From an uncultured Bacteroidales bacterium (GTDB taxonomy: Bacteria > Bacteroidota > Bacteroidia > Bacteroidales > GCA-2748055), in NCBI GenBank assembly GCA_963771005.1, contig CAVYRO010000003.1, positions 868,657 to 932,656 of the forward strand: a stretch of 64,000 nt of DNA, given 5' to 3'. Position numbers and translations under genes: made by a program. Below the pieces are notes generated by a model, which ran no database searches, was not told the origin of the DNA, and saw only the letters and a list, made by a program, of their open reading frames with translations. Of the stretch, positions 1 to 10,836 are shown piece by piece (positions within the stretch are counted from its first letter, which is position 1; every line of letters starts with the position of its first letter).

Positions 1-1769
1 GTTTCGAATAATTTGGAAGAGCCGGCCATCACACCTGTAAATTCCGCAATCAGTTTATCCTTATATACATAGTTAGCTCTTACCCCGAAATGCAGGTGTT
101 TGGCAGGCTGAAGTATATTATCCACGCTGTACTGATCCCTGTATCCAAGAGCTGTGGCCCTGAGGTGATGTCCCCCGAAATGCCGGTCATAATTCAGAGT
201 TCCGTAAACTCCCGTCTGCCGGTAGTAGAATTCATCGGTAACGGTTTGGGCATCCACCTTTGAATCAACCCCATACTTGGAGAATGCTATACTATCGCCG
301 GCATACGAAGGATGGTATACTGCATACGTGTTCAGCAGGTCGGTTTTGAACATGTTATACATGTCGAATGAAAAATATACGGAAGCTGTCAGTCCGGGCG
401 TTACAGAACCCAGATCAAAATCGAGTCCCGTACTGATCTGGATCAGCCTGTCATTGGTCTTACTGGGTCCGTTTCTCGTCAGTTCACCGTAAATATTGGT
501 CATATGTTCCGATGTACCTCCGGGGACATAGCCGCCTTTAAGCAGTTTTGCGGCGCCGAGGAGAGTCGGATCTTTAATGAGGTTGGCAGGGATCAGCACC
601 GGGTAATATTCGGGATGAAGGGTGGAAGAAAGGCCCCAGAAATCTTCATCGGTATACCGCGGTCCATCGGAAAGGTTGAACACCACGGTACCGTCAAACC
701 TTAATTTAATCGCTTCCTTAAGTTTGTAATCGATGTTTCCTCTCATGTTCAAACGGTCGGTCTTTTCCTTTGCTCCTTCGCCAATCTTAAGCAAACCGTT
801 TTCCCGGTGCCATCCGAGATTGAGATAGTATTGTGCCACTTCATTTCCCCCGCCTGCTTCGCCAACAATATTCTGATAACCGGACCAGTTCTTAAGATAA
901 GTTGAATTGTAATAATCCTCATCCGGATAGCGGACCGGATCAATGCCACTGCGGGTATTGGCAATGTCCGCAGTTGAAAATTTAGGGGTTAGACCATCGT
1001 TCGCCAGGGCTTCATTATAGAGTTCCATATAATCGGCGGCACCCAGGTATTCCGGATAGCTTATGGGTTTATTAAAACCGTTTTCAGCGGTAAATTGAAG
1101 CGTTTTTTTAAGAGGCTCTCCGCGTTTCGTTGTGATCAGGATCACTCCGTTAGAAGCCCGGGAGCCGTACAGCAAGGAGGAAGCAAGGTCTTTCACCACG
1201 GTGATCTGCTCAACCTGTTGCAGGTTGATATCCATGGCAGGTCTCGGAATACCGTCGATGACCATCAGGGGATTGCCCATGCCACGTATATCCGAGGGGT
1301 CGAACATGCCGGGGACCCTTCCACGTAGGGCACCTTCAACATCTGTCTGGTCGTGGTGAAGGATCTCGCCCGGGGAAAGAACAGTCACTGTTCCGGCAAC
1401 CTCCCGCCTGGCATAGGTTGCGAAAGGCATGTGAACCCTGTTTTTTTGTCCGGCCTGGTACGGGATCTTTATCAGGGTGACATTTTGTACTTTCCATGTT
1501 TCTTCGGCAGAGAGGATCCGGCTGTCATAACCTTCAGCCTCAATTAATATCGGTACGATGCTGTCGGAAGGCATTGAGAACTTTCCATTTTCGTCGGTAA
1601 ACACTGCCCGGCTCCCCTCACCTATGATAACACTTGCACCTGCCACGGGTGAGCCGTCTTCACCGGTTATTGTAATGATATTCTGAGGACCCTGAGCCAT
1701 TGAAAATACAGGTAAAAGTAAGTTCAGACTCAAAATCGCCACTATGACCTGCAAAGATTTCCTCTTCAT
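1..1769 (-). CDS. SusC/RagA-family TonB-dependent outer-membrane receptor; N-terminal ~589 aa, with the 3' end running off the left edge of the window
   Basis: Hand translation from the ATG at 1767-1769 (minus strand) gives a signal peptide MKRKSLQVIVAILSLNLLLPVFSMAQG. This is followed by a carboxypeptidase-regulatory-like domain (ITITGEDGSPVAGASVIIGEG...FTDENGKFSM) and a plug region (ITVVKDLASSLLYGSRASNGVILITTKRG). The frame is open to position 1. The ORF is absent from the ORF track because its stop lies outside the window. Confidence 0.8.
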   Translation of the reverse strand, partial: MKRKSLQVIVAILSLNLLLPVFSMAQGPQNIITITGEDGSPVAGASVIIGEGSRAVFTDENGKFSMPSDSIVPILIEAEGYDSRILSAEETWKVQNVTLIKIPYQAGQKNRVHMPFATYARREVAGTVTVLSPGEILHHDQTDVEGALRGRVPGMFDPSDIRGMGNPLMVIDGIPRPAMDINLQQVEQITVVKDLASSLLYGSRASNGVILITTKRGEPLKKTLQFTAENGFNKPISYPEYLGAADYMELYNEALANDGLTPKFSTADIANTRSGIDPVRYPDEDYYNSTYLKNWSGYQNIVGEAGGGNEVAQYYLNLGWHRENGLLKIGEGAKEKTDRLNMRGNIDYKLKEAIKLRFDGTVVFNLSDGPRYTDEDFWGLSSTLHPEYYPVLIPANLIKDPTLLGAAKLLKGGYVPGGTSEHMTNIYGELTRNGPSKTNDRLIQISTGLDFDLGSVTPGLTASVYFSFDMYNMFKTDLLNTYAVYHPSYAGDSIAFSKYGVDSKVDAQTVTDEFYYRQTGVYGTLNYDRHFGGHHLRATALGYRDQYSVDNILQPAKHLHFGVRANYVYKDKLIAEFTGVMAGSSKLFE

Positions 1770-1815
1770 GGTTTTTTTATTATAGTATTAATCCATGCTA
1801 TGATTCAGCCATTCA

Positions 1816-3612
1816 CTATTCCCATCCCGGATTCTGATACATGCCCGGATACAGGAGCGCCTGATTCCGGTTGATGGGCAGCCAGTAATGCTTTGGATCT
1901 TCGAAGACCCTCTTTTTTATTACTGATCTCACAAAGGATTCGGGGGTCCAGTCCTTATCAAAGGAAAGGTCAACGCAATCGAGATCCAGGTGAGACGTAT
2001 GCCATCTTCTTGTATCATACCAGTAATGACCTTCAAAGCAGAATTCCACCGTTCTCTCGTTGCGGAGAAGGTCCATAAAACTGTCGTATCCCGGGGCTGC
2101 AGCAGTGGCTGCAGGCATTCCCGCTCTCTGGCGTACGATATTGAGCGCGTCTACTGCCGTAAGATCCGCACCCGGCGCCATACCTGTTGGTCCGTAAGCT
2201 GCCGTAACGGCTTCGGCATAATCGAGATAAACTTCAGCAAGCCGCATAAGTGGTGAAATGATCCTTAAATTGTTATAATCCCTGTCATAACCGTTCGCTC
2301 CCACCGGCCAGAATTTTTTGATCAGGTATGGGAGTGTGATCTGCGCCTGTGAATTTTTATCGCTCCCTTCCCCTACATAGAGGTATATTTTTGATCTTTC
2401 GTCGTAGCCATGTTGCTCACGGTCGATGATAATGTATTTCCTAAACCTGGGATCCCTGTTCTCCCAGCGTTTTGTACTATCGCTGTCATATTCCACCTTG
2501 TATCGCGTCCCGTCGGCCATTTCAAATTTATCCACGAAGAGCTGGTTGACCTGTTCATTATACCTTCCTCCCATCCTGGCGAAGCTGTACTGCCTGGAAA
2601 TATAGCTCTCATGATCATAGGGTCCCTCGTTCTTCCTGATTTTTTGCCAGATGGTCTCGCTGGTCCTTGGAATGATCCCGTCGAGCCTGGCGAACATGGT
2701 GAGGATATCATCGAAATTTGTCATTTGGTAAGCGCCGGTCCTGGCCAGCTTGATCATTTCCCACCCTGCGGCAGCGGCCTTTTGGCAATATTCCTGGTTA
2801 TAAGAGTAGTCATTCCCGGAGAATTTATTCATAAGCGGACTGCCTGCATACAACAGCATTTTGGCCTTATATGCCATTGCGGCTCCTTTGGTGGTTCTGC
2901 CGAAATTGGCGCCCGGACGCTGACCGCCAACAACGGTATTGTCCCAGTCGACGGGCAGAAGGGAGATTGCCCTGTCATAATCCTCCACCACCTTGTCCGC
3001 ACATTGCTGATAGGTAAGACGGCTTAGTTTCACTTCATCACCGGGAGAATATACGGCGTCGATATAGGGCATGCCTCCGAAGGCATCGATGATCTGCTGG
3101 TGGAAATACGCCCTGAAAAAATAGATCTGTCCCTGGATAAGCTGTTTCTCTTCTTCCGTGGCATCTGACAGGAGAGGGAGGTTTTCCAGCGCGACGTTAC
3201 ATCTTCGGATCCCGCGCCATCCCCCGGTCCATATCCCGCCTCCCCCGTTATCCTTAAAAATACCGTAAGCGTATTTTCCGTTCATGTAGAGAGAAGTATA
3301 ATCGTTGAATGAATAATCATCCGCTCCGGCAATATACCAGTAGTTGCCTCTCCATGAAGTATATGCGGGCGACCAGCTTATGAAATCATTCAGGGTTTCT
3401 CCCCCCATATTTGCCGTAGTGGTGGGATATGTTGTATTATAGTTGATCACCTCACCGTAGTTGGCATCAAGAAATCCCTGAAAGGATTCATAAGTTCCGA
3501 AAATATCCTCCTCCGACACGGTTGCCTCGGGCGTCTTATCCAGGTATTTCTCGCATGAGGCCAGGAAGATGGCGCTCATTGCGAGGATCAGCAGATAACC
3601 GGTTGTTTTCAT
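1816..3612 (-). CDS. SusD/RagB-family nutrient-binding outer-membrane lipoprotein
   Basis: ORF 1816..3642 encodes 608 aa. The likely true start is MKTTGYLLILAMSAIFLASC at 3612, giving a lipoprotein signal with Cys. The gene lies immediately downstream of a SusC gene, and the SusC stop overlaps the alternative ATG at 3642. Length and composition are typical of SusD. Confidence 0.85.
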   Translation of the reverse strand: MKTTGYLLILAMSAIFLASCEKYLDKTPEATVSEEDIFGTYESFQGFLDANYGEVINYNTTYPTTTANMGGETLNDFISWSPAYTSWRGNYWYIAGADDYSFNDYTSLYMNGKYAYGIFKDNGGGGIWTGGWRGIRRCNVALENLPLLSDATEEEKQLIQGQIYFFRAYFHQQIIDAFGGMPYIDAVYSPGDEVKLSRLTYQQCADKVVEDYDRAISLLPVDWDNTVVGGQRPGANFGRTTKGAAMAYKAKMLLYAGSPLMNKFSGNDYSYNQEYCQKAAAAGWEMIKLARTGAYQMTNFDDILTMFARLDGIIPRTSETIWQKIRKNEGPYDHESYISRQYSFARMGGRYNEQVNQLFVDKFEMADGTRYKVEYDSDSTKRWENRDPRFRKYIIIDREQHGYDERSKIYLYVGEGSDKNSQAQITLPYLIKKFWPVGANGYDRDYNNLRIISPLMRLAEVYLDYAEAVTAAYGPTGMAPGADLTAVDALNIVRQRAGMPAATAAAPGYDSFMDLLRNERTVEFCFEGHYWYDTRRWHTSHLDLDCVDLSFDKDWTPESFVRSVIKKRVFEDPKHYWLPINRNQALLYPGMYQNPGWE

Positions 3613-3641
3613 ATCGTTTCTTCTTATGAATTGAATTTTCA

Positions 3642-6600
3642 TTAAAAATTGAGGTTAATGCCAAAATTATACCTCCTGAATTTAGGATAGGTCCTGCGGG
3701 TGTCTGTCTGTACGGTGGGCCGGTCTGCATCGAGATCTTCGGTCATTTTTGCCCAGAGAATGAAATTGTCGCCGCTGATGATAAACCTAACCCGCGTGAG
3801 TCCGACTTTCTCTATCCAGCGGGCTTTCAGGTCGTATGCAACTTCGGCATGCTGAAGTTTGAGATAAGCCCTTGTGGTTGCCACATAACCGCTGGTGGAG
3901 CTTGTATTGAAACGCAGACCGGGATTGATGGCACTTGCCGTATTGTCAAATTCGGGCGACCATGCGTATTCCATATTCCATGGATATACAACCGAATACT
4001 GGTTGGCAAATGCTCCACGGTAAGTTCCCACCTCACCTTCAATATTGAATACGCCGTAAAAGCGGGTTGTAAGGCTGAGATTTTTATAGCTTACTCCGGC
4101 TGCAGGAGCATAGGAATACTGCGGCCTTGAAGGATAACCGTACGGTACATCGTCGTTGTCGTCTACAATGCCGTCAGAATTGAAATCCACCCTGGCAAAA
4201 TCACCGGGAAGAAGTTGCGAATTCGTAATTCCCTGCACCGTATTATATATATCGTTCCATGTGAGTATCGGATGTTCAGACTGGTTCAGGATCACCCTGG
4301 GCTGGTCGATCTGGTATCCGGCCTGTTTCTGATAGGAGGGTTTGAGAATGGGATCGCCTCTTTCAATGATCTTATCTTTTGCATAAGCTATGGAATAGGA
4401 AAACCAGTAGTTCAATCCCCTGGGTGAAGTATTGGAAAAATATGCTTCGAATTCCCAGCCATGCATATCCACTTCCCCGATATTAGCAGATACCGGGTTC
4501 ACCCCGATATAGTCGGGGATGACCCGTTCATTTCCTGTAACGAAGATATTCGTCCTTTTTTCCGTGAAATAATCATAGGTGAGCCTGATCCTGTTATCAA
4601 AGAACCCGGTCTCAATACCAAAGTCCTGTTTGTGAGAAGTTTCCCATTGGATATCCGGATTTGGAATGACTCCTTCATAACGCAGCGGATAGGCATTCTG
4701 GAGATAGGGATATCCAAATCGCATAATATCCTCGGAGGAGGCTGAAGTAGTTGGTGGCAGGACAACCCAGCTACCTACATACAACCACCTTGCTATTCCT
4801 TCGTCGCTACCCACAAGTCCGTCGGAATACCTGAACTTCAAGTTGTTCATCACCGGTTTGATATTTTCAAAGAATTTTTCATTGGATACCACCCAGCCAA
4901 CCGCCATGGAGGGGAAGAAGCCGAACCGGTAATCCCTGGAAAATTTCTCCGACCCGTTGTAAGCGCCATTCAACTCAAGGAGATAACGCCTGTCGTACGC
5001 ATAAACGGCCCTGCCAACCCAGTCTTCCCGGTAGCTCGGGAAGTTGCTGCCGGTTGCCCTTTCCTGCCTGCTCATCAGGATGAGTCCGCTAACGGAATTT
5101 TTCCCGAAGTCGCGCGCATAATTGAGAGAGGCCTGGTAATAAAGGGACCGGTATACATTCCGGTTAGCGCTTTCGGTTTCGTAGGAATTGGGAAGCTCCA
5201 CATAATTATACCCGGTGGGGGGAAGGTCCTCGGGAATCTGATAAAATGTATATTTCGATTCCAGGTCCTTGATGTCAGCCTGTGACATACCGGGTGTAAT
5301 TTCATCCACAATAGCCGGGCTGATCCATTTTGTCAGTTTCCCGTAACCCTGGATATTGGGACCTGATGAATAGGCTGTATTGTCATAGGAAAGTTTTGCA
5401 TTGAAGGAAAGCCCTTCCGTAATGAAATCCATTTTCTGATCCAGCATGAAATCAGTTGTCACATTGGTTGTCTTCGTGACATCCACTCCGAAAAAATTGA
5501 AGGCATAGATACCATTGCTGAACCTGTCGTAAAGGGCGTAATCGGCCCAGGTGCCATCGGAATACTGGGCAGGCCAAAGATCCGGTGGTGCCGAATATAA
5601 ATAAGGCCATCCCGCCCATTTATCCCCCCCGGGTCTTTTCTGGATAGAGTGAAAACCTGAGAGGTTGGCGCTGAAGCGGGTAGTGGGGGTAATATCAAAA
5701 TCGACGTTACTTCTGAAATTGACGCGGTCGAAAGCAAAGCTGGGATCGTATCCCTGCCCGTTGTCCTTTATATTCAGGATATCGTTTTCATTAAAATAGG
5801 CGAGTGATCCGAAATATTTGACAACCTTAGTTCCTCCCGTCAAGGTCATGTTAAGGTTCTTGTCGATGGCATAATCGTTTGTAAACTGATCGACCCAGTC
5901 CACACTTGGAAGATATTCCGGATATTCCTGGGATTTGTAGAGTTCCAGCCAACGGTTTGGAACGACACTGTTCCAGGAAGATTCGGACAATGGAAGTTCG
6001 TTGAGAATGGCGTAGTTTTTCATGAGGTTCGCGGTATATGAACCCTCCCTTACCGGGATTCTTGAGATCGTTTTTGCGGTGGTGGTAAAGTCAACACTGA
6101 GTTTCGCCTTGCCTTCCTTACCCCGGATGGTCGTAATAAGAATAACTCCGTTGGCACCCTTCACCCCGAAAACGGCGGTCGCGGAAGCATCCTTCAATAC
6201 GGAGATGCTTGCTACTTCATAGGGGTTTACATCATGCAGCGGACGCTCGACCCCGTCGACCAGGACCAGCGGTTCAGCATTATTCCAGGTTTTCTTTCCC
6301 CGGATTAACAACTGGGCATAATCGTCGTCCTCGCCCGCTCCCCCGGGAACCCCCGTGGTGGAGATCGTAATGAGGCCGGGCAGGGCGCCGGTAAGTGCAT
6401 TTCCAAGGTCACTGCCCTGGGTTCCCTGAAGAATAACATCACCTGTCGTCTGTGAGATGGCACCCACTACACTTTCTTTCTTCTGGGCTCCATATCCGAC
6501 GAAAACAATCTCATCCAGTTCTGTCACGCTGGCTACCAGACCTACCAGTAAGTTTCTCTCTTTGCCAATTGTGACGGATTTGGAGGTATAGCCAATGAAG

Positions 6601-6899
6601 GAAAAATTCAGAACAGACTTTTCATCCGGTACAGTGATACTGAAACTACCCGTGGCATCTGTCATTGCACCGGTATAGGTTCCTGTGATAATTATATTAA
6701 CACCGGGCATGGCTTCTCCCGTTGAGGAATCCACAACCTTTCCGGTAATGGCAATATTTTTCTCCGCCTGGCCGAAAACTTCTCCGGGGAAAGCTGCGGA
6801 TACAAGAAAGACGCATAAGAGAAGAAGTCTGAATAGAAATGAGCCCCTCACTGGCGAGCTTATGTTGATCATTCGGGAGATCCTGGTATGATCTTTCAT
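3642..6899 (-). CDS. SusC/RagA-family TonB-dependent receptor (1085 aa)
   Basis: It has a carboxypeptidase-regulatory-like domain (ITGKVVDSSTGEAMPGVNIIITGTYTGAMTDATGSFSI) and a SusC-type TonB-box region (ELDEIVFVGYGAQKKESVVGAIS). The plug is VSISVLKDASATAVFGVKGANGVILITT and the C-terminus ends in an aromatic residue (NLNF). It is paired with the downstream SusD. Confidence 0.9.
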   Translation of the reverse strand: MKDHTRISRMINISSPVRGSFLFRLLLLCVFLVSAAFPGEVFGQAEKNIAITGKVVDSSTGEAMPGVNIIITGTYTGAMTDATGSFSITVPDEKSVLNFSFIGYTSKSVTIGKERNLLVGLVASVTELDEIVFVGYGAQKKESVVGAISQTTGDVILQGTQGSDLGNALTGALPGLITISTTGVPGGAGEDDDYAQLLIRGKKTWNNAEPLVLVDGVERPLHDVNPYEVASISVLKDASATAVFGVKGANGVILITTIRGKEGKAKLSVDFTTTAKTISRIPVREGSYTANLMKNYAILNELPLSESSWNSVVPNRWLELYKSQEYPEYLPSVDWVDQFTNDYAIDKNLNMTLTGGTKVVKYFGSLAYFNENDILNIKDNGQGYDPSFAFDRVNFRSNVDFDITPTTRFSANLSGFHSIQKRPGGDKWAGWPYLYSAPPDLWPAQYSDGTWADYALYDRFSNGIYAFNFFGVDVTKTTNVTTDFMLDQKMDFITEGLSFNAKLSYDNTAYSSGPNIQGYGKLTKWISPAIVDEITPGMSQADIKDLESKYTFYQIPEDLPPTGYNYVELPNSYETESANRNVYRSLYYQASLNYARDFGKNSVSGLILMSRQERATGSNFPSYREDWVGRAVYAYDRRYLLELNGAYNGSEKFSRDYRFGFFPSMAVGWVVSNEKFFENIKPVMNNLKFRYSDGLVGSDEGIARWLYVGSWVVLPPTTSASSEDIMRFGYPYLQNAYPLRYEGVIPNPDIQWETSHKQDFGIETGFFDNRIRLTYDYFTEKRTNIFVTGNERVIPDYIGVNPVSANIGEVDMHGWEFEAYFSNTSPRGLNYWFSYSIAYAKDKIIERGDPILKPSYQKQAGYQIDQPRVILNQSEHPILTWNDIYNTVQGITNSQLLPGDFARVDFNSDGIVDDNDDVPYGYPSRPQYSYAPAAGVSYKNLSLTTRFYGVFNIEGEVGTYRGAFANQYSVVYPWNMEYAWSPEFDNTASAINPGLRFNTSSTSGYVATTRAYLKLQHAEVAYDLKARWIEKVGLTRVRFIISGDNFILWAKMTEDLDADRPTVQTDTRRTYPKFRRYNFGINLNF

Positions 6900-7199
6900 G
6901 GTTTTAAAATTAGTCGTTCGGAACTTGGTAAAGAATAGCAGAGAACCTTAAGGGAATTTCATGCACAAACTCAAAATATTTCAAATACCTCCAATTCAAA
7001 AGTATGCTAATTGGAATTTTAAAAATAATACTAATCAATAGATTATTGATACTTTTATATTGATCCTCATTATTTTGTCCGTTGAAATCTTAAAAATTTC
7101 ATATATAAGTATCATATATTTTGATGTTATTTTATATTGTCATAGATTTATTCCTGTCAGGAACAGTTAAAATCAAAGACACAAATTCTTAATAAAGGA

Positions 7200-8678
7200 A
7201 TGAAGCCGGATTTACTTTTACGGTATGCGGGCCTGATGCTGGCCCTCTTTCTAATTGCCGGCTGCAACCCGATGCCTGACGCAGGTATTCTAAATACGGG
7301 GAAATCTCCCTCCCTTGAACCGGATTATGCCGGAGTCACGGTTCCGGTAAATATTGCCCCTTTAAATTTCCGGATCAGGGGGGAAGGAAAATGGTACAGA
7401 GTGAAAGTCACGTCATCGGCAGGTTATGGATTTTCGCTAATGTCTGCCGGCAGGGATATCCGCTTTCCTGAAAGGCACTGGAAGAGGATGATGAACCAGT
7501 CTGCCGGAGGGTCAGTAACCCTGGAGATTTTCTCAAAAGATGTAAGTAATAAATGGCGGGCATTCAAGCCGGTAAAAATCTTCGTGGCTCCCGAACCGGC
7601 AGATCCATGGCTGTGTTACAGGTTACTTTATCCAGGATACGAGACATGGTCCGAAATCCAGATCATACAGCGAAATATTGAAACTTTCAGGGAATCGATA
7701 CTGGCTGATAACCGGGTAATGAAAAATAATTGCATTAATTGCCACTCCTTCAACGGGAATGACCCGGAAAAATTTCTCCTCCACGTAAGAGGCTCCATGG
7801 GGGGAACTTATTTCGGCAATAAGGACGGAATCACCCGTACCGACCTGAAAACACCTGAGATGAATGCAAGCGCCGTTTATCCTGCCTGGCATCCCGGTGG
7901 CAGGTACGTGGCATTTTCATCCAACAATGTTATCCAGAGTTTCCATGCGGTAAGCAGTAAAAATATTGAGGTTCTGGACCTTGCATCATCACTTTACCTG
8001 TATGATACGGAAATGAACCAGATGGTTCCCGTGAAAGGAAGGGATACCCTTACTTATATGGAAACTTTTCCCGAGTGGTCCCCGGACGGAAACTTCCTGT
8101 ATTTCTGCAGGGCAGATGAATTCGTGAAGGGATCTGATTTCACAACGATAAAATACAACCTGGTCAGAAAATCGTTTGACTCCCGGACTGGATCTTTCGG
8201 GGATGATGAAACCGTATTCAATGCTGCGGCCGCCGGAAAAAGTGTTTCTTTTCCCAGGATATCGCCTGACGGCCGGTTCCTTGTGTATGTACTCCATAAA
8301 TATGGAACTTTCTCGATCTGGCACAAGGAGGCTGATCTTTATCTTCTCGATTTACATTCCGGCAAGATATCCCGTCTGAGATGCAACAGTAATGAATCGG
8401 AAAGTTATCATTCCTGGTCTTCCAACAGCCGCTGGCTCGTTTTCAGCAGCAAAAGGGGAGACGGCCTCACCGCCAGACCGTGGTTTGCCTATATCGATGA
8501 ATCGGGACATGCCCGTAAGCCTTTCGTGCTCCCCCAGAAGGACCCCGGTCTTTACGGACGAATGCTGAAAACTTTTAATAAACCGGAATTTGTTACCGGC
8601 AAGATTGGGTTCACTCCCCGTGATTTTGCAAGGGCGGCAAAAAAAGAACCTTTGAAGGCAGGAAGCCCGGCCAACTAA
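7200..8678 (+). CDS. Lipoprotein with PD40/TolB-like beta-propeller repeats and a single CxxCH motif
   Basis: The lipobox is LIAGCNP. A CINCH (CxxCH) motif sits in NNCINCHSF. PD40-like repeats are WHPGGRYVAFSSN, WSPDGNFLYF, ISPDGRFLVYV and WSSNSRWLVFSS. Confidence 0.6.
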   Translation: MKPDLLLRYAGLMLALFLIAGCNPMPDAGILNTGKSPSLEPDYAGVTVPVNIAPLNFRIRGEGKWYRVKVTSSAGYGFSLMSAGRDIRFPERHWKRMMNQSAGGSVTLEIFSKDVSNKWRAFKPVKIFVAPEPADPWLCYRLLYPGYETWSEIQIIQRNIETFRESILADNRVMKNNCINCHSFNGNDPEKFLLHVRGSMGGTYFGNKDGITRTDLKTPEMNASAVYPAWHPGGRYVAFSSNNVIQSFHAVSSKNIEVLDLASSLYLYDTEMNQMVPVKGRDTLTYMETFPEWSPDGNFLYFCRADEFVKGSDFTTIKYNLVRKSFDSRTGSFGDDETVFNAAAAGKSVSFPRISPDGRFLVYVLHKYGTFSIWHKEADLYLLDLHSGKISRLRCNSNESESYHSWSSNSRWLVFSSKRGDGLTARPWFAYIDESGHARKPFVLPQKDPGLYGRMLKTFNKPEFVTGKIGFTPRDFARAAKKEPLKAGSPAN

Positions 8679-8722
8679 ATTCAGGACTCCTGCATATTTA
8701 ATTTATATCTTATGAGTTTAGT

Positions 8723-10514
8723 ATGAGGATGCCTTCTTTAAAGAAAGATTTTGCCGGGAGATCTGCGGGTACCATAGCAATAGCTTTGATTTTCATTATC
8801 TCATTCATCTTTTTGTACGGATTCCATGATCACCTGTTTTTTTACCAGGAAAACCAGTCATTATTCCTGTTTTCAGGTGATTATCTTCTCGGGTTTACCG
8901 GCAAGCCGGGAGGGATCCTCTTGTATGCCGGCAATTTCTTCACGCAGGGCTACTTCAATGCAATATACGGTTCATTGCTATTATCTGCCGTAATTTCAAC
9001 CTTTGGATTTATACTTTTAAAAATAAATAAAAAGCTTTTCAGGGAAGGTTCTTCCTCCGTACTGCTCACCGTTATTCCCACCTGCCTCCTTCTTTTATTG
9101 CACCTGAACTTTAACTGGCCACTGAGCCATGACCTGGGATTTCTATTGACCGCTGTTTATTTCTACCGGTTGTCAGGTTCTGTCAACCTGACTGGCCGGA
9201 TATTACGTTTTGGCCGGCTTCCCAGCTTTTTATTACCTGGCGGGGGCTTTCGCATGGATCTTTATGGGGATGTATATCATCTTTAGCATCGAAAATGACC
9301 GGAAGCTCCTCCGGTATTCCTACCCGGCGCTTATACTTCTCGCCATTGTCACCTATACTGTTTTCAGGGAATTCATTTTTCTTCAGCCCGACAGCGTCCT
9401 CCTTCTCTCGCCTTTCTCGTTCAGGGATCCTCTGGCGCACATGGTGATTTTTTATCTGCTTTGTGCCGTAGTCATTTCCTTGCCGGTGCTCACAAGGGTT
9501 CTGTCAATAAGTGGAACGAAAGGAAAGTGGATGCGGCTGATTATGCCTTCCTCAATACCAGTGATGTTCCTCATTACTGTCATCCTCCTTGTTATTTGGA
9601 ATGATACAAAGATTGCAAAACTTTTCCGGCTGGAGAAATCCGTATACGAACGTGACTGGGATGCAGTGATCAACGACCAGGAGAAGTACCGCCTGAAAAA
9701 TTTAGTTGCAGAATATTATTATAACCTTGCCCTCGCAGAGAAGGGAGAGCTATGTGACAGGATGTTCCGGTGCCGCCAGGATTTCGGACCTGCCTCCCTG
9801 ATTATTCCCTGGGATTCAAAAATGGGAGCCAACAATATTGACAGGGGTGTTTACTTTTTTTACACAGCCGGACTGATCAATGAAGCCCATCGCTGGGCTT
9901 ATGAGTCAATGGTTGGAAGAGGTTTCCGGCCTGAAAACCTGAAGATGCTGATCAAGACGGATCTTATCAACGGGCATTATACCATGGCTAAAAAATACCT
10001 GGGAATCCTGAAGCAGACGCTGCATTACAGAAGCTGGGCTAAAAAATACGAGAGATTATTGAACCATCCCGGCCTGATCAGCGCTGATCAGGAACTTGGT
10101 GGAAAAATGAAGATCAAACCTGTTAAAGATTTTCAGATAAGCATCCGGAACCCGCAAACCAACCTGCAATTGCTGCTGGATTCCAATCCGTACAATAAGA
10201 CGGCTTTTGAATACCTGATGGCCTGGTACATGCTGGAGAAAAATATTACGACACTGGGCGATGAAGCGGGACGCATGAGAAAGCTCTCATATCCCGGGAT
10301 CCCGCGTCATATCGAAGAGGCTCTCATTATGTACAATATCGGAGCCGGGATGATGCCCGATCTCGGGAGGCTGAAGATCAGCCAGGAGTCTGTAAAACGC
10401 TTCCGTAAATATGAACTTTTCGCAGATCCTGCCCTGGGATTTTTAACAAAAGCCGGTAAAACCATTCCTGCGGAAACCAGGGAAACATTCTGGTATTACT
10501 TTGATTCAAAATGA
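8723..10514 (+). pseudogene. Large polytopic membrane protein with a C-terminal helical-repeat domain (DUF6057-like, from memory), split by a frameshift near 9185-9200
   Basis: ORFs 8723..9286 and 9210..10514 overlap in different frames. Both sides of the junction are hydrophobic TM segments (..FYRLSGSVNL / LAGYYVLAGFPAFYYLAGAFAW..). The second frame is open from 9192. The gene starts 45 bp downstream of the PD40 gene. Confidence 0.5.
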
Positions 10515-10545
10515 GTCCCTGGGAGGGGGCGAATGCCAACCGGAT

Positions 10546-10836
10546 CTATGACCGCAGGTACTCCTTAAGCGTATCAACATATTCTTCAAACTTCTTTTTT
10601 CCAAGGGTTGTCATCCGGCAGACGGTCCGCGGATAATTATCTTTAAAATGTTTATCCACCTCTATATATCCCGCGTCTTTCAACTTATTGATCTGAACGC
10701 TTAAATTCCCCGCTGTTGAGCCGGTCTTCTCTCTGATGAAAGTGAAATCGGCCGATTCTGTGTTCATCAGGATGCTGACGACGGCCAGCCTGAGCTGGGA
10801 ATGCAGGACCGGGTCGAGTGGTTTAAAGGGTTTCAT
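10546..10836 (-). CDS. Winged-helix transcriptional regulator (small, HTH_34/PadR-like)
   Basis: This 96-aa protein contains LDPVLHSQLRLAVVSILMN...FTFIREKTGSTAGNLSVQINKLKDAGYIEV. It overlaps the stop of the upstream membrane-protein gene, an operon-like arrangement. Confidence 0.7.
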   Translation of the reverse strand: MKPFKPLDPVLHSQLRLAVVSILMNTESADFTFIREKTGSTAGNLSVQINKLKDAGYIEVDKHFKDNYPRTVCRMTTLGKKKFEEYVDTLKEYLRS

